A stretch of DNA of 64,000 nucleotides from Rickettsiales bacterium (GTDB lineage: Bacteria > Pseudomonadota > Alphaproteobacteria > Rickettsiales > SXRF01): the NCBI GenBank assembly GCA_041396965.1, contig JAWKXN010000001.1, forward strand, positions 1,961,679-2,025,678, read 5' to 3'. The translations under genes and the position numbers were made by a program. The notes beneath the pieces are model-generated. The model did not search any database, had not been told where the DNA came from, and saw only the letters and a program-made list of their open reading frames with translations. The stretch's first letter is position 1. Each line of letters starts with the position of its first letter. This document shows positions 35,501 through 44,313 of the stretch, piece after piece.

Positions 35501-36647
35501 CCCGATATATATCAATAAGAGCGTCCTCTTTCGTAAGATTCTTATCAGCGACTAGAGTATTGCGCATATAAGCACCCACATTCACGTGGTCAATATCAAG
35601 AATCGCTACATCCTTAGCCCCAGCCTCCTCAAGAACTGCAATAGCGGCAACAGTCACCTCATCACCACCCTCAACGTAAATCTCACCAGTTTGTGGATTA
35701 ACAATATCAGTAGCGATATATTTACCAACGAACTGTTCGTCACTTACCAAATATTCCTTAAGCCCTTCCTCAAGGAATTTTTTAGCCAAACGAACATTCA
35801 TTTTCTTACCAGCTTCCGCGTAGATCTTACCACTTTTAGCGTCAACAAGATCATGCGAAAGTTTGATACCACGATAATGCTCAGGGTTAAATTTAGCAGC
35901 CCAACCACCCTTTACTCTCTTATAAACGGTATATGTATAGAAAGTAGAAAGTATCTCACTATTATCCATACCAACAGCACGCAAGAAAGTAGTAACAGGA
36001 ACCTTACGGCGACGATCTATACGAGCATTCACCAAATCCTTAGCATCAAACTCAAAATCAAGCCACGAGCCACGATAAGGAATTACCCTACATGAATAAA
36101 GAAACTTACCGGAACTATGTGTTTTGCCGTGATCATGATCAAAAAACACACCTGGAGAACGATGCATTTGTGAGACTATAACCCTTTCCGTACCATTAAT
36201 GATAAAAGTACCATTGTCAGTCATCAAGGGTATGTCACCCATATAGACATCTTGCTCTTTAATATCCTTAATTTCACGTGCGCCAGTATCCTCATCGACA
36301 ATCCATACGATAAGACGTAATGTCACCCGCAGCGGAGCGGAGGAATTTATGCCACGTGAACGGCACTCATCCACATCATATTTAGGTGGGTCAAAATGAA
36401 ATCGTACAAACTCTAAAGTAGAGGTTTCCGTATAATCTTGAATCGGAAACACCGATTTGAAAACCGCTTGCAGACCAGTATCGGTACGCTGCTCCACTGG
36501 AACATTTATCTGCAAAAACTGATCATAAGAATTCTTCTGCACCTCAATCAAATTAGGCATAGAAGTAATGGTCTCAATCCTGCCAAAACTTTTACGAATA
36601 CGCTTACGAGCCGTGAACGAAAGTTGCGAATTTTGAGCCTGTGCCAT
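32523..36647 (-). CDS. rpoB: DNA-directed RNA polymerase subunit beta
   Basis: 1374 aa with canonical RpoB blocks (e.g. [13 protein letters not shown]). Confidence 0.99.
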   Translation of the reverse strand: MAQAQNSQLSFTARKRIRKSFGRIETITSMPNLIEVQKNSYDQFLQINVPVEQRTDTGLQAVFKSVFPIQDYTETSTLEFVRFHFDPPKYDVDECRSRGINSSAPLRVTLRLIVWIVDEDTGAREIKDIKEQDVYMGDIPLMTDNGTFIINGTERVIVSQMHRSPGVFFDHDHGKTHSSGKFLYSCRVIPYRGSWLDFEFDAKDLVNARIDRRRKVPVTTFLRAVGMDNSEILSTFYTYTVYKRVKGGWAAKFNPEHYRGIKLSHDLVDAKSGKIYAEAGKKMNVRLAKKFLEEGLKEYLVSDEQFVGKYIATDIVNPQTGEIYVEGGDEVTVAAIAVLEEAGAKDVAILDIDHVNVGAYMRNTLVADKNLTKEDALIDIYRVMRPGEPTTVEAAEALFNSLFFESDRYDLSDVGRVKMNARLNLSIDENVGVLTKDDIVGAVKLLVGLKDGIGEVDDIDHLGNRRVRSVGELMENQFRIGLLRMERSIVERMSSVDIDTVMPHDLVNAKPVAAAIREFFGSSQLSQFMDQTNPLSEITHKRRLSALGPGGLTRERAGFEVRDVHPTHYGRICPIETPEGPNIGLINSMATYSRVNKYGFIESPYRKVTNGRVTNEVIYLSAIEEGKYTIAQANSEVDDNNKFTGDLISCRCNGEFVLSSADRIDYIDVAPKQLVSVAAALIPFLENDDANRALMGSNMQRQAVPLLRSDAPLVGTGMEEIVAKDSGVTTIARRSGVVDQVDATRIVIRSSEVSEDGSPGVDIYNLIKFTRSNQNTCLNQRPLVVVGDVVKAGDIIADGPSTDLGELALGRNVLVAFMPWNGYNFEDSILISERIVSEDVFTSIHIEEFEVMARDTKLGAEEITRDIPNVGEEALRNLDEIGVVHIGAEVKPGDILVGKVTPKSESPMTSEEKLLRAIFGEKASDVRDSSLRLPPGVAGTIVGVRIFSRRGIEKDERALSIEKAEIERLAKDRDDERAIIERFVYGRMSELLLSKKATSGPKGFKIGSDINEETLKEYSKGQWWQFAVKDDAVMNEIEQLKKQLDSALSRINMRFEEKVGKVRAGDDLMPGVLKMVKVFVAVKRKLQPGDKMAGRHGNKGVVSKIVPIEDMPYLEDGTQVDILLNPLGVPSRMNVGQILETHLGWASAGIGGQIRGMLEDIQEQNKSQASVKKLKEFISETYEDKKLEKSIAKMSDNELLELAGNLKKGIPFATPVFDGAKEDDVVHWLKKAGLDSSGQVQLYDGRTGDAFDRKTTVGYIYMLKLHHLVDDKIHARSIGPYSLVTQQPLGGKSQFGGQRFGEMECWALQAYGAAYTLQEMLTVKSDDVAGRSKIYESIVRGDNSFESGIPESFHVMVKELRSLGLNVELIEEEA

Positions 36648-36801
36648 GAAAACCTCTTAACTAAAGAATACTAAAACGCAAAATCTTAACTCAAATTGAA
36701 CTCGGTCATAGATTTCACAAAATATGTAAACAGCAAATTATAAACAGCAGCATGGAGTGACGCCTAAACGACCTCACCCCATAATAAAAAAGTCAGCAGA
36801 A

Positions 36802-37188
36802 TTACTTAACTTCAACAGTAGCACCAGCGTCAGCAAGAGTTTTCTGAACTTTATCAGCCTCTTCTTTAGCCACACCCTCTTTAACAGGTTTTGGTGTAGA
36901 TTCAACAAGATCTTTAGCTTCTTTAAGACCAAGACCGGTAATTTCACGAACAGCCTTAATAACCGCGATCTTCTTATCAGCAGGGAATGACGCGAGAATA
37001 ACATCAAACTCTGTCTTAGCTTCAGCGGCAGGAGCAGCAGCGCCACCAGCGGCACCAGCAGCGGCGACCGCTACAGGAGCAGCTGCAGAAACACCCCATT
37101 TTTCCTCAAGCATTTTAGAAAGTTCTGCTGCTTCAATAACAGTAAGAGCGGACAAAGTATCCACTATTTTCTCAAGATTTGTAGACAT
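36802..37188 (-). CDS. rplL: 50S ribosomal protein L7/L12
   Basis: [10 protein letters not shown]... start, Ala-rich hinge, and C-terminal [10 protein letters not shown] motif. The internal ATG at 37188 is preferred over the ORF-track start. Confidence 0.95.
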   Translation of the reverse strand: MSTNLEKIVDTLSALTVIEAAELSKMLEEKWGVSAAAPVAVAAAGAAGGAAAPAAEAKTEFDVILASFPADKKIAVIKAVREITGLGLKEAKDLVESTPKPVKEGVAKEEADKVQKTLADAGATVEVK

Positions 37189-37244
37189 AAATAATACTCC
37201 CAAACAAAAACAAAATTAATAATAATAAACAATAAACCGACAAA

Positions 37245-37760
37245 CTACCCTTTATCAGCATGAGCAGATATAACTCTTGCCACCTGCCCCGCCGGAGCTT
37301 TAACAACACTGGCTATGCGTGAAGCAGGAGTCTGTAACATCCCAACAATCTTAGCGCGCAATTCATCAAGAGACGGTAATTTCGCAAGACCTTCTATAGC
37401 CTCAACATCCAAAGACTGTGAACCGAAGGAACCCCCAACAATCTCCAGCTTATCATTGTTCTTAGCGAAATCCACCAATCCCTTAGCGACAGACACCGGA
37501 TCAGACGAGGTAGCTATAACTGACGGTCCATTAAGAAACTCACAAACCCCCTCAAGAGGAGTGTCCTTAGCAGCAAGCTTTGCTAAACGATTCTTAATAA
37601 CTTTCAATTCAGCTCCAGCATCTCGCATGTTACGACGCAATTGCGTCATCTGCGCAACGGTAAGACCTTTATTATGAACAACCAAAGCTATAGCAGCACT
37701 AGTAAGCCTACCATTAGTAGCTTCAATCATCTCTTTTTTCTGTAAACGAGTCATCGGCAT
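37245..37760 (-). CDS. rplJ: 50S ribosomal protein L10
   Basis: Position in the operon, and L10-like sequence. Confidence 0.95.
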   Translation of the reverse strand: MPMTRLQKKEMIEATNGRLTSAAIALVVHNKGLTVAQMTQLRRNMRDAGAELKVIKNRLAKLAAKDTPLEGVCEFLNGPSVIATSSDPVSVAKGLVDFAKNNDKLEIVGGSFGSQSLDVEAIEGLAKLPSLDELRAKIVGMLQTPASRIASVVKAPAGQVARVISAHADKG

Positions 37761-37772
37761 ATTTTTTCTCCT

Positions 37773-38471
37773 TTAAGCTGCCAATAAATCAGCAAGTTCT
37801 AGCTTAATCCCCAATCCCATAGTTGAGGAAATGCCAACTTTCTTTATATAGTTAGACTTAGCCGCTGAAGGCCTAGCTTTGACCACAGCGCCGACAAAAG
37901 CCTTAACATTCTGCTCTATAGCGTCCTCACTAAAACTAGCGCGCCCCACACCAGCATGAATAATCGCTGTTTTATCAAGACGGAACTCAACTTGCCCTGA
38001 TTTCGCCGACTTAACCGCGTCAGCCACATTAGGAGTAACAGTACCAAGCTTAGGGTTTGGCATAAGCCCTTTAGGTCCTAATACCTTACCAAGCTTACCA
38101 ACAACTGCCATCATATCAGGAGAAGCTATAATACGATCAAAATCGGTAAACCCTCCAGCAATTTTTTCAGCCAGATCCTCAGCACCAACGAAATCAGCAC
38201 CAGCCTCAACAGCCTGAGTTGCTTTATCTCCTCTTGCGAACACAGCCACACGCACCTCCTTACCGGTACCGTTAGGCATAGACACCATACCACGAACAAG
38301 CTGATCAGTCTGACGAGGATCTAAACCCGTATTTATAACTATCTCTATGGTTTCATCAAATTTTGCGCTCGCCATCGACTTAACCAATTTCACAGCTTCC
38401 GCTAAAGGATAACGCTTATCTATATCCACTTTGCCTAGCATTGCTTTTCTTTTTTTTGAAATTCTTGACAT
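37773..38471 (-). CDS. rplA: 50S ribosomal protein L1
   Basis: L1 sequence from [10 protein letters not shown]. Start trimmed to 38471, just downstream of the rplK stop. Confidence 0.95.
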   Translation of the reverse strand: MSRISKKRKAMLGKVDIDKRYPLAEAVKLVKSMASAKFDETIEIVINTGLDPRQTDQLVRGMVSMPNGTGKEVRVAVFARGDKATQAVEAGADFVGAEDLAEKIAGGFTDFDRIIASPDMMAVVGKLGKVLGPKGLMPNPKLGTVTPNVADAVKSAKSGQVEFRLDKTAIIHAGVGRASFSEDAIEQNVKAFVGAVVKARPSAAKSNYIKKVGISSTMGLGIKLELADLLAA

Positions 38472-38475
38472 AACT

Positions 38476-38910
38476 CTACGCCCCCACCACTTCAAGGCCC
38501 ATTGATTGAGCGGAACCACATACCATCTTAACGGCTCCATCAATATCATTGGCGTTCAGATCTTTCATTTTTTCCTGAGCTATCTCACGCACTTTATCCA
38601 TAGAAATCTTTCCAACCACGCTACCTTTTCCAGGAGTCTGCGACCCTTTCTTGAGATTAGCAGCTTTTTTAAGATAATATGACACCGGAGAGAGTCTAGT
38701 CTCAAAAGTAAACGTTCTATCCTGATAGGCGGTTATCGTAACTGGAATTGGAGCACCGGGTTCATTTTTCTGAGTGGCAGCGTTAAACGCCTTACAGAAT
38801 TCCATGATATTAAGACCACGCTGACCAAGAGCGGGACCAACAGGCGGAGACGGATTAGCTTTTCCGGCGGGAATCTCCAATTTAATATACCCAACAATTT
38901 TTTTTGCCAT
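38476..38910 (-). CDS. rplK: 50S ribosomal protein L11
   Basis: [32 protein letters not shown] is a canonical L11 N-terminus. Confidence 0.97.
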   Translation of the reverse strand: MAKKIVGYIKLEIPAGKANPSPPVGPALGQRGLNIMEFCKAFNAATQKNEPGAPIPVTITAYQDRTFTFETRLSPVSYYLKKAANLKKGSQTPGKGSVVGKISMDKVREIAQEKMKDLNANDIDGAVKMVCGSAQSMGLEVVGA

Positions 38911-39465
38911 TTATACACCTATTAAATTAATGGTTTTAACGTCCGCATCTCACTAAAAAATCATAAAAAACAATCTATTAGCGGCAAACTCCCAAAACAA
39001 CTTCTGAGAAAGTCAATAAACAGAAGGAGCGGTTTTATAATTGTGTTTTAGTATTAATGCAAGAGTTTTTTTACCAAAAATTAAATAAATATAAAAAAAT
39101 TACACGGTTAAAAAAATTGAAAGTAAAAGTAAAAATATATTCTACATATAATAAATAGAATAATTGACTATTTTATCTTATTAAATTATCAATATGACCA
39201 TAATTGATACAGATGGAACATTTTATCGTAAATCATGTCATGAAAGGACACATAAATAAATTATAAAACTTAATTAAAAATCAGAAAAATTCTTTGCTAC
39301 CAAAACAACATACTGAAATATAATAAATTAAATAATCAAATTAGTTAAAATGCCATGATAAGATTAATTCTTTATTAAACAATAAAACAAATAATTAATA
39401 TAGAGTAGTTATGCATCATTTCTGTATATGTAAATAAAATACAAATTAAAGGAACTGGGTAATTC
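38911..39465. promoter_or_regulatory. Very AT-rich 555-bp divergent intergenic region. It must hold the rplK leader/promoter and the promoter of the receiver gene.
   Basis: Lies between the divergently oriented rplK (-) and 39466 (+). Long A/T runs. No specific -35/-10 assignment attempted. Confidence 0.3.
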
Positions 39466-40086
39466 ATGACAGCAATCTCCAAAAACTATAATTCTGTACT
39501 CTCAAAAGTAAACTTACTAGTAGTTAACGAGGATGATAATGTAGCAATAATGCTGCGCGATGTTTTATCAAGTCTCGGCTTTGGTACCGTAATAGTAGCC
39601 AATGATGGTTATCAAGCCGTAAAAGTAATGAAAGAAATAGACATAGATCTTATAATAACCGATTGGGAACTTACCGCGAAAGAAGACCTACACGCTCCAA
39701 AACAAGACTCAAGCAAAGTTATAATTCCCATAGATGTGGATATGTGGTCACCAATCCCACCTAACGATGGTGTCGCTTTTGTACGCTATATACGCTCTTC
39801 AAAACACTCTCCTAACAATTATGTAGCGATAATAATGCTTACCAGCCAAGCACAAGAAAGCCATATAAAACGTGCCCGTGACTCAGGAGTAAACGAAATC
39901 ATGCTAAAACCAGTATCGGCCGAATCACTATGTTATAATATTATTAGGGTAATAGACCATCAAAGAACTTTTATTACCTCACAAAATTACAAAGGTCCCT
40001 GCCGGAGAATGGTTAACAAACCACCTCCAAATCAGATAGAGCGCCGTAAGCGCGATATTAAAATAATTAGATACTCAGAAAAATGA
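39466..40086 (+). CDS. Single-domain CheY-like response regulator with a loop insertion and an Arg-rich C-terminal tail
   Basis: Receiver residues are present (EDD pocket, LIITDWEL Asp, MLTS Thr, LKP Lys). About 25-28 extra residues follow the phospho-Asp. The tail is ..YKGPCRRMVNKPPPNQIERRKRD. Confidence 0.8.
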   Translation: MTAISKNYNSVLSKVNLLVVNEDDNVAIMLRDVLSSLGFGTVIVANDGYQAVKVMKEIDIDLIITDWELTAKEDLHAPKQDSSKVIIPIDVDMWSPIPPNDGVAFVRYIRSSKHSPNNYVAIIMLTSQAQESHIKRARDSGVNEIMLKPVSAESLCYNIIRVIDHQRTFITSQNYKGPCRRMVNKPPPNQIERRKRDIKIIRYSEK

Positions 40087-40090
40087 CGAT

Positions 40091-40594
40091 ATGACAGTAC
40101 AGAAAATCAACGAAGAACCAGCAGCGAAAATAGAAAAAGAATCAGCTATCCGCAAAAAAATTGGTAAAAGCGTAAAGCTGGAAGAAATATTTACTCCCGA
40201 AAAAATTCGTGAATGTCAGAGCATAATAGAAAAAGCTCACGAAGGATTTCATAAGGATATCCTTGACATATGGCAATTTATAATAAATGATTTTAGTGAG
40301 TTTACGAAAAACCCTAAGCAAGGTTCCACCTTGATTACACAAATAAATAAAAACGCTTTCTTAATAAAAGGAAAGCTCGACGCTGTTGGCTATAATTTAG
40401 GGATGAACATAGCGAAATCGCTGCAGGAGTTTTCAAAAAACGATAAAAATCCCCATGAAAACATTATAATATATAGCAAACATATTGACGCTATGAACAC
40501 GGTAATAAAAAACAAAATAGAAGGAGATGGCGGGAAAACCGGATCTGAAATGATGCTTGCTCTATCCGTTTTGATAAAAAAATTAAGAAAGTAG
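40091..40594 (+). CDS. Hypothetical helical protein with a degenerate Hpt-like motif
   Basis: AFLIKGKLDAVGY aligns with the Hpt consensus AHxIKGxxxxxG, but Phe sits in place of the phospho-His. Lies 4 nt downstream of the receiver gene. Confidence 0.4.
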   Translation: MTVQKINEEPAAKIEKESAIRKKIGKSVKLEEIFTPEKIRECQSIIEKAHEGFHKDILDIWQFIINDFSEFTKNPKQGSTLITQINKNAFLIKGKLDAVGYNLGMNIAKSLQEFSKNDKNPHENIIIYSKHIDAMNTVIKNKIEGDGGKTGSEMMLALSVLIKKLRK

Positions 40595-40666
40595 ATATAG
40601 CGTTTCTACTTCCTCCGAGCCTCTAGATCTTATTTCTAACCACAAACAGGACGAAACCTACCTACC

Positions 40667-41206
40667 TCAGGCTACTTTCTCTACCTGATTATATTCCAAA
40701 TCTACCGGCGTTGAACGACCAAATATAGATACTGACACTTTAACACGCGACTTCTCATCATCAACACCTTCAACTAAGCCGATAAACGATTCAAAAGGTC
40801 CTTCAATAATTTTAACATTTTCTCCAATCTCAAAACTAACTGTAGATTTAGGACGTTCCACACCCTCGCGTATCTGGTCAAATATGGATTCCGCTTCCTT
40901 ATCGGTAATTGGTACTGGCCTACCTTTACCACCTCCACCAAGAAATCCAGTAACTTTAGGTGTATTTTTCACCATATGCCAAGTAGCGTCATTAAGCTCC
41001 ATCTTCACCATAACATAACCAGGGAAAAATTTACGCTCAGACATAACTTTCTTACCCTTACGCACCTCACTAACTTCCTCAACTGGAACGACAACTTCCT
41101 CTATAAGATTAGCTATATTATTTTTTATCGCTTGCTCTTTTATTGACTCCGCTATCTTCTTCTCAAAACCGGAATGAGCGTGCACAATATACCAACGAAA
41201 CGCCAT
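40667..41206 (-). CDS. nusG: Transcription termination/antitermination factor NusG
   Basis: WYIVHAHSGFEKK NGN start and a C-terminal KOW motif. Confidence 0.95.
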   Translation of the reverse strand: MAFRWYIVHAHSGFEKKIAESIKEQAIKNNIANLIEEVVVPVEEVSEVRKGKKVMSERKFFPGYVMVKMELNDATWHMVKNTPKVTGFLGGGGKGRPVPITDKEAESIFDQIREGVERPKSTVSFEIGENVKIIEGPFESFIGLVEGVDDEKSRVKVSVSIFGRSTPVDLEYNQVEKVA

Positions 41207-41280
41207 ATTTTATCTTTCTCTAACTATTTATAGAATTAACCAAATCACCTTACAAACAACTGTGTAATACCGAATAAAAC

Positions 41281-41472
41281 CTATACTCCTATTATCGCTT
41301 TCACAGCTGAAGCCGCTACAGTATCAACCAACAGAAATATCATAGAGGCAATTAACACAAAAATTAGTACTGTCACAGTTGAGAGCATGGTTTGCTTCCT
41401 TGTTGGCCAAGTGACGCGTCTCATTTCTTGACGAGTCTCACGAACAAATTTCGCTGGATTAACGGTGGACAT
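41281..41472 (-). CDS. secE: Preprotein translocase subunit SecE
   Basis: 63 aa with a single C-terminal TM and the FxRExxxExxKVxWP-like motif (FVRETRQEMRRVTWPTRKQ). Upstream of nusG. Confidence 0.85.
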   Translation of the reverse strand: MSTVNPAKFVRETRQEMRRVTWPTRKQTMLSTVTVLIFVLIASMIFLLVDTVAASAVKAIIGV

Positions 41473-41507
41473 TTTAACGACCTCTCAACTAGATTATATA
41501 ACAATAC

Positions 41508-41520
41508 GGGGAAAGCCCCC
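41508..41520. terminator. Short GC hairpin (ggggaaagcccc) flanked by T/A-rich sequence, between the glycan locus and secE
   Basis: 4-5 bp GC stem with T-rich runs on both strands. This is a weak call. Confidence 0.25.
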
Positions 41521-41590
41521 TTATATTAAGATAAGCGATAAATTTCAATAATTATTTATCTAAACAATACAAGCAATTGTTATATATAAA

Positions 41591-42922
41591 TTATAATGAC
41601 ATAATACCATCAACTTCTTTTCTTATTATATCAGATTTATTAACTGATTTTCCGTAATAAGGATCATATTTCAAAAATATATTATGCCAATCATCCCTAT
41701 CATAAAAATCTCTTATATTATCAATGGAGATATCCTGAAAATCCTTTATTTCAGGCACCAAGCCAGAAGCCACAAAGCCACAATAATCCCATGACGAACC
41801 TTCAAATCCATGATAATAGACGCAAGGAAGTCCCGACTTAAGTATCTCCAGCACAGCGCTAGTATTGCCAACCACAGCTATATCACAACGCTCTATATCA
41901 TCCATAAGCTTATTTTCTGTGGATAAAACAACATTATCTTTTATAATCAACGAAAAATCAGGGCGTGCCAATGGTTCAGGATGTGGACGGATTACTATAT
42001 TTTCCGGCTGCCAGATTCTTTTCAAGGAGTCCACACCATAGATAAGCTTATCCATATTTACCGGAGCGGTAAGGAAAATTCCTATCCGCATATTAACATT
42101 TCTCAGCCCACTGGTCCGTATAGGCATAGATTTGCCTTCTAGCCCCATAAAAACGACTCTACCTATATTCTGTCCGTCCTTTCCGGTATTCCTATAATTA
42201 TCATAAGAAACGGAGCCATCAAAAAATATCAAATCAAAATTCTGAGCCGTAACCCTGAAATGATGATGAATGAACGAATGTGTCATATAAATAATTTTCC
42301 GACTATTCTTGCGAGCGGCGTAAATAAGAGCTAACCCATCAGGACTGTAGTCGCTAACCACAGCTACAGCCTTACAATCTATTTTCTTTATCTCCTCTAC
42401 AAACCGCAGATAAAAACCTATCATACTTACGCTGCGGCAAGCTGGCATGAACCCGTATTTACGGTTAATATAGGAGACAACAGAAAAATATTTTCTTACC
42501 CTACCCAAATTCCTACAGTATAAAATAAAATATTTTAACGAGCTTAATGAAACAATATTCCTCACACTAATATTGACGAATCCCACCTTACTCCTACCAA
42601 CAGAATCAGCGAAAAAATTAGCGTGTTTCTTCTCATTACAAACATTCGCGGTAATTATTATTGGATACTCTTTAATATCACGCAAGCTTAAAGACAGAAA
42701 TGATTTTGCACCATAACAAGCGACCATTAATGTTGAGAATATATTCGGATGAAGAAATCTATGAATATTGAAAACTAACCTAACGAAAAAAGAGCGTGAC
42801 TTTATATCCTCAAAGATCTTTTCATAGCCAATCGATACTTTTAGAATTATTCTTAAAGGAGTTAATAAATTAATACTCATTTGTGACCTAGCATTAAGAT
42901 AGATATTTATAAACAATAACAA
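41591..42922 (-). CDS. Hypothetical protein, possibly a GT-B-fold (TagF/KpsS-like) glycosyl or ulosonic-acid transferase
   Basis: The C-terminal half looks like a Rossmann-type GT-B domain (IRPHPE, AVVGNTSAVLEILKSGLP). Context is a glycan locus. No firm motif. Confidence 0.35.
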   Translation of the reverse strand: MLLFINIYLNARSQMSINLLTPLRIILKVSIGYEKIFEDIKSRSFFVRLVFNIHRFLHPNIFSTLMVACYGAKSFLSLSLRDIKEYPIIITANVCNEKKHANFFADSVGRSKVGFVNISVRNIVSLSSLKYFILYCRNLGRVRKYFSVVSYINRKYGFMPACRSVSMIGFYLRFVEEIKKIDCKAVAVVSDYSPDGLALIYAARKNSRKIIYMTHSFIHHHFRVTAQNFDLIFFDGSVSYDNYRNTGKDGQNIGRVVFMGLEGKSMPIRTSGLRNVNMRIGIFLTAPVNMDKLIYGVDSLKRIWQPENIVIRPHPEPLARPDFSLIIKDNVVLSTENKLMDDIERCDIAVVGNTSAVLEILKSGLPCVYYHGFEGSSWDYCGFVASGLVPEIKDFQDISIDNIRDFYDRDDWHNIFLKYDPYYGKSVNKSDIIRKEVDGIMSL

Positions 42923-43020
42923 TATTTTAATATAAAGAACATAAACTTATCACAAAAAATATAATAAAAACCTTTAATAATTCATAAAATATAGAAAACT
43001 TCGCCAATTCCTAAAATCAC

Positions 43021-44313
43021 ATGGACAAAATAAAAAAACTATTAAAATACACTATTATCTACGGAATATTAAATGGGATTGAGGCCTTAGTGCCATTTTT
43101 ATTTCTTATTATATTATCAAGATTCTTAACTACCGAAGAGTATGGTGTTTGGTCATTATTCGCCGGATTATACGCTGTAGTCATACCGTTAATAGGTGGC
43201 AAACTTGATGATGCGGTAAGAATGCACTTCAACGAGCTGACCAACAATAACCTCAACAGGTTCATCAGTACGGCATTATACCTCATAACATTTCTTAGTC
43301 TTTTATTGTTATTTATCGTAACAAATTTCTCCTCATTTTTCTCATCTATAACCAAATTTCCCGAGCGTTGGTTATGGACTATAATCATGGTAGCTTTTTT
43401 ATACGCGGTGTCCAACATACTGCGCTCAATCTATCAATTCAAAGAACGTAGTGGGCAACTAGCTACCATGGTCGTAATAAGAGTCGCTATAACACTAGCG
43501 GTAACCAGCGCTTTTGTAATCGCTGGTGCGCGTTATACCGCGGCTATATTTGGAACCGCTACCGGTCTTGCTGGCTCAATATTGATTTCCACTATATTAT
43601 TTAGAATATATCTTGATATAAATGTTTTCAGCAAACTTGATCGCAAATTCCTATTTTTATTACTTAGATTCTTTATTATTTACCTTCCAACAGCTATGGG
43701 CGCTGTTTTAATCCCGCTCACTGACCGGTTATTTATTGCCCATATTGAGGGATTAAGCGAAACCAGTTTTTACTCAATAGCAAATCACTTCGGAGCGATA
43801 ATAGGCTTACTAGTAAGTGGATCTTTTCTATTCGCGTGGCTGCCATGGATATTTAATCTTTTACGCAAAAATGATAAAGAAAGTATCAAAACAGCTCACA
43901 TAGCAACTTTATTATTTTACATAGGGTTACCACTGATAGGACTCATAATATGGCAAGTTTCCATCTTCATAGCCCCATACCTGATGAGCGAGAATTTCCT
44001 AAAAGCCTCCGATTATATTTTCTGGTTGATTATAGCGGCAGTGATACAAGGATATTTCACATATAATCAAGGTTTTCTACATTTCGCTAAAAAAACAAAT
44101 ATCATGTCTTTATGCTCCGCTGTAGCTATTATCAGCAACATAATATTTGATTATATATTCATAATAAAATATGGAACTGTGGGAATAGCTTACGCGACAA
44201 TAGTAGCTTACGGTTGCGCGGCAATCGTAAGCGGAATAATGGCAGCATATTTTATCCGCTCACACATTGCTACAACTTGTGTAAATCAAGAACATAAAAG
44301 TTACCATGACTAA
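43021..44313 (+). CDS. Oligosaccharide/polysaccharide flippase (Wzx/MOP superfamily)
   Basis: 430 aa with about 12 TM segments and a Wzx-like N-terminus. Context is a glycan locus. Confidence 0.7.
   Translation: MDKIKKLLKYTIIYGILNGIEALVPFLFLIILSRFLTTEEYGVWSLFAGLYAVVIPLIGGKLDDAVRMHFNELTNNNLNRFISTALYLITFLSLLLLFIVTNFSSFFSSITKFPERWLWTIIMVAFLYAVSNILRSIYQFKERSGQLATMVVIRVAITLAVTSAFVIAGARYTAAIFGTATGLAGSILISTILFRIYLDINVFSKLDRKFLFLLLRFFIIYLPTAMGAVLIPLTDRLFIAHIEGLSETSFYSIANHFGAIIGLLVSGSFLFAWLPWIFNLLRKNDKESIKTAHIATLLFYIGLPLIGLIIWQVSIFIAPYLMSENFLKASDYIFWLIIAAVIQGYFTYNQGFLHFAKKTNIMSLCSAVAIISNIIFDYIFIIKYGTVGIAYATIVAYGCAAIVSGIMAAYFIRSHIATTCVNQEHKSYHD

Noticed and set aside
33993-36095. Long antisense ORFs inside rpoB (33993-34532, 35586-36095). 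Similar ones occur inside rpoC, metH and the ClC gene.
   Set aside because: These are shadow ORFs on the strand opposite to strongly supported genes. Their translations are low-complexity and have no motifs.
37773-38549. The extended 258-aa rplA ORF that overlaps rplK, and the extended starts for rplL (37203), ribBA (62972) and metH-N (TTG at 10004).
   Set aside because: The N-terminal extensions have no homology-like sequence. Internal ATGs give canonical protein N-termini and tidy operon spacing.
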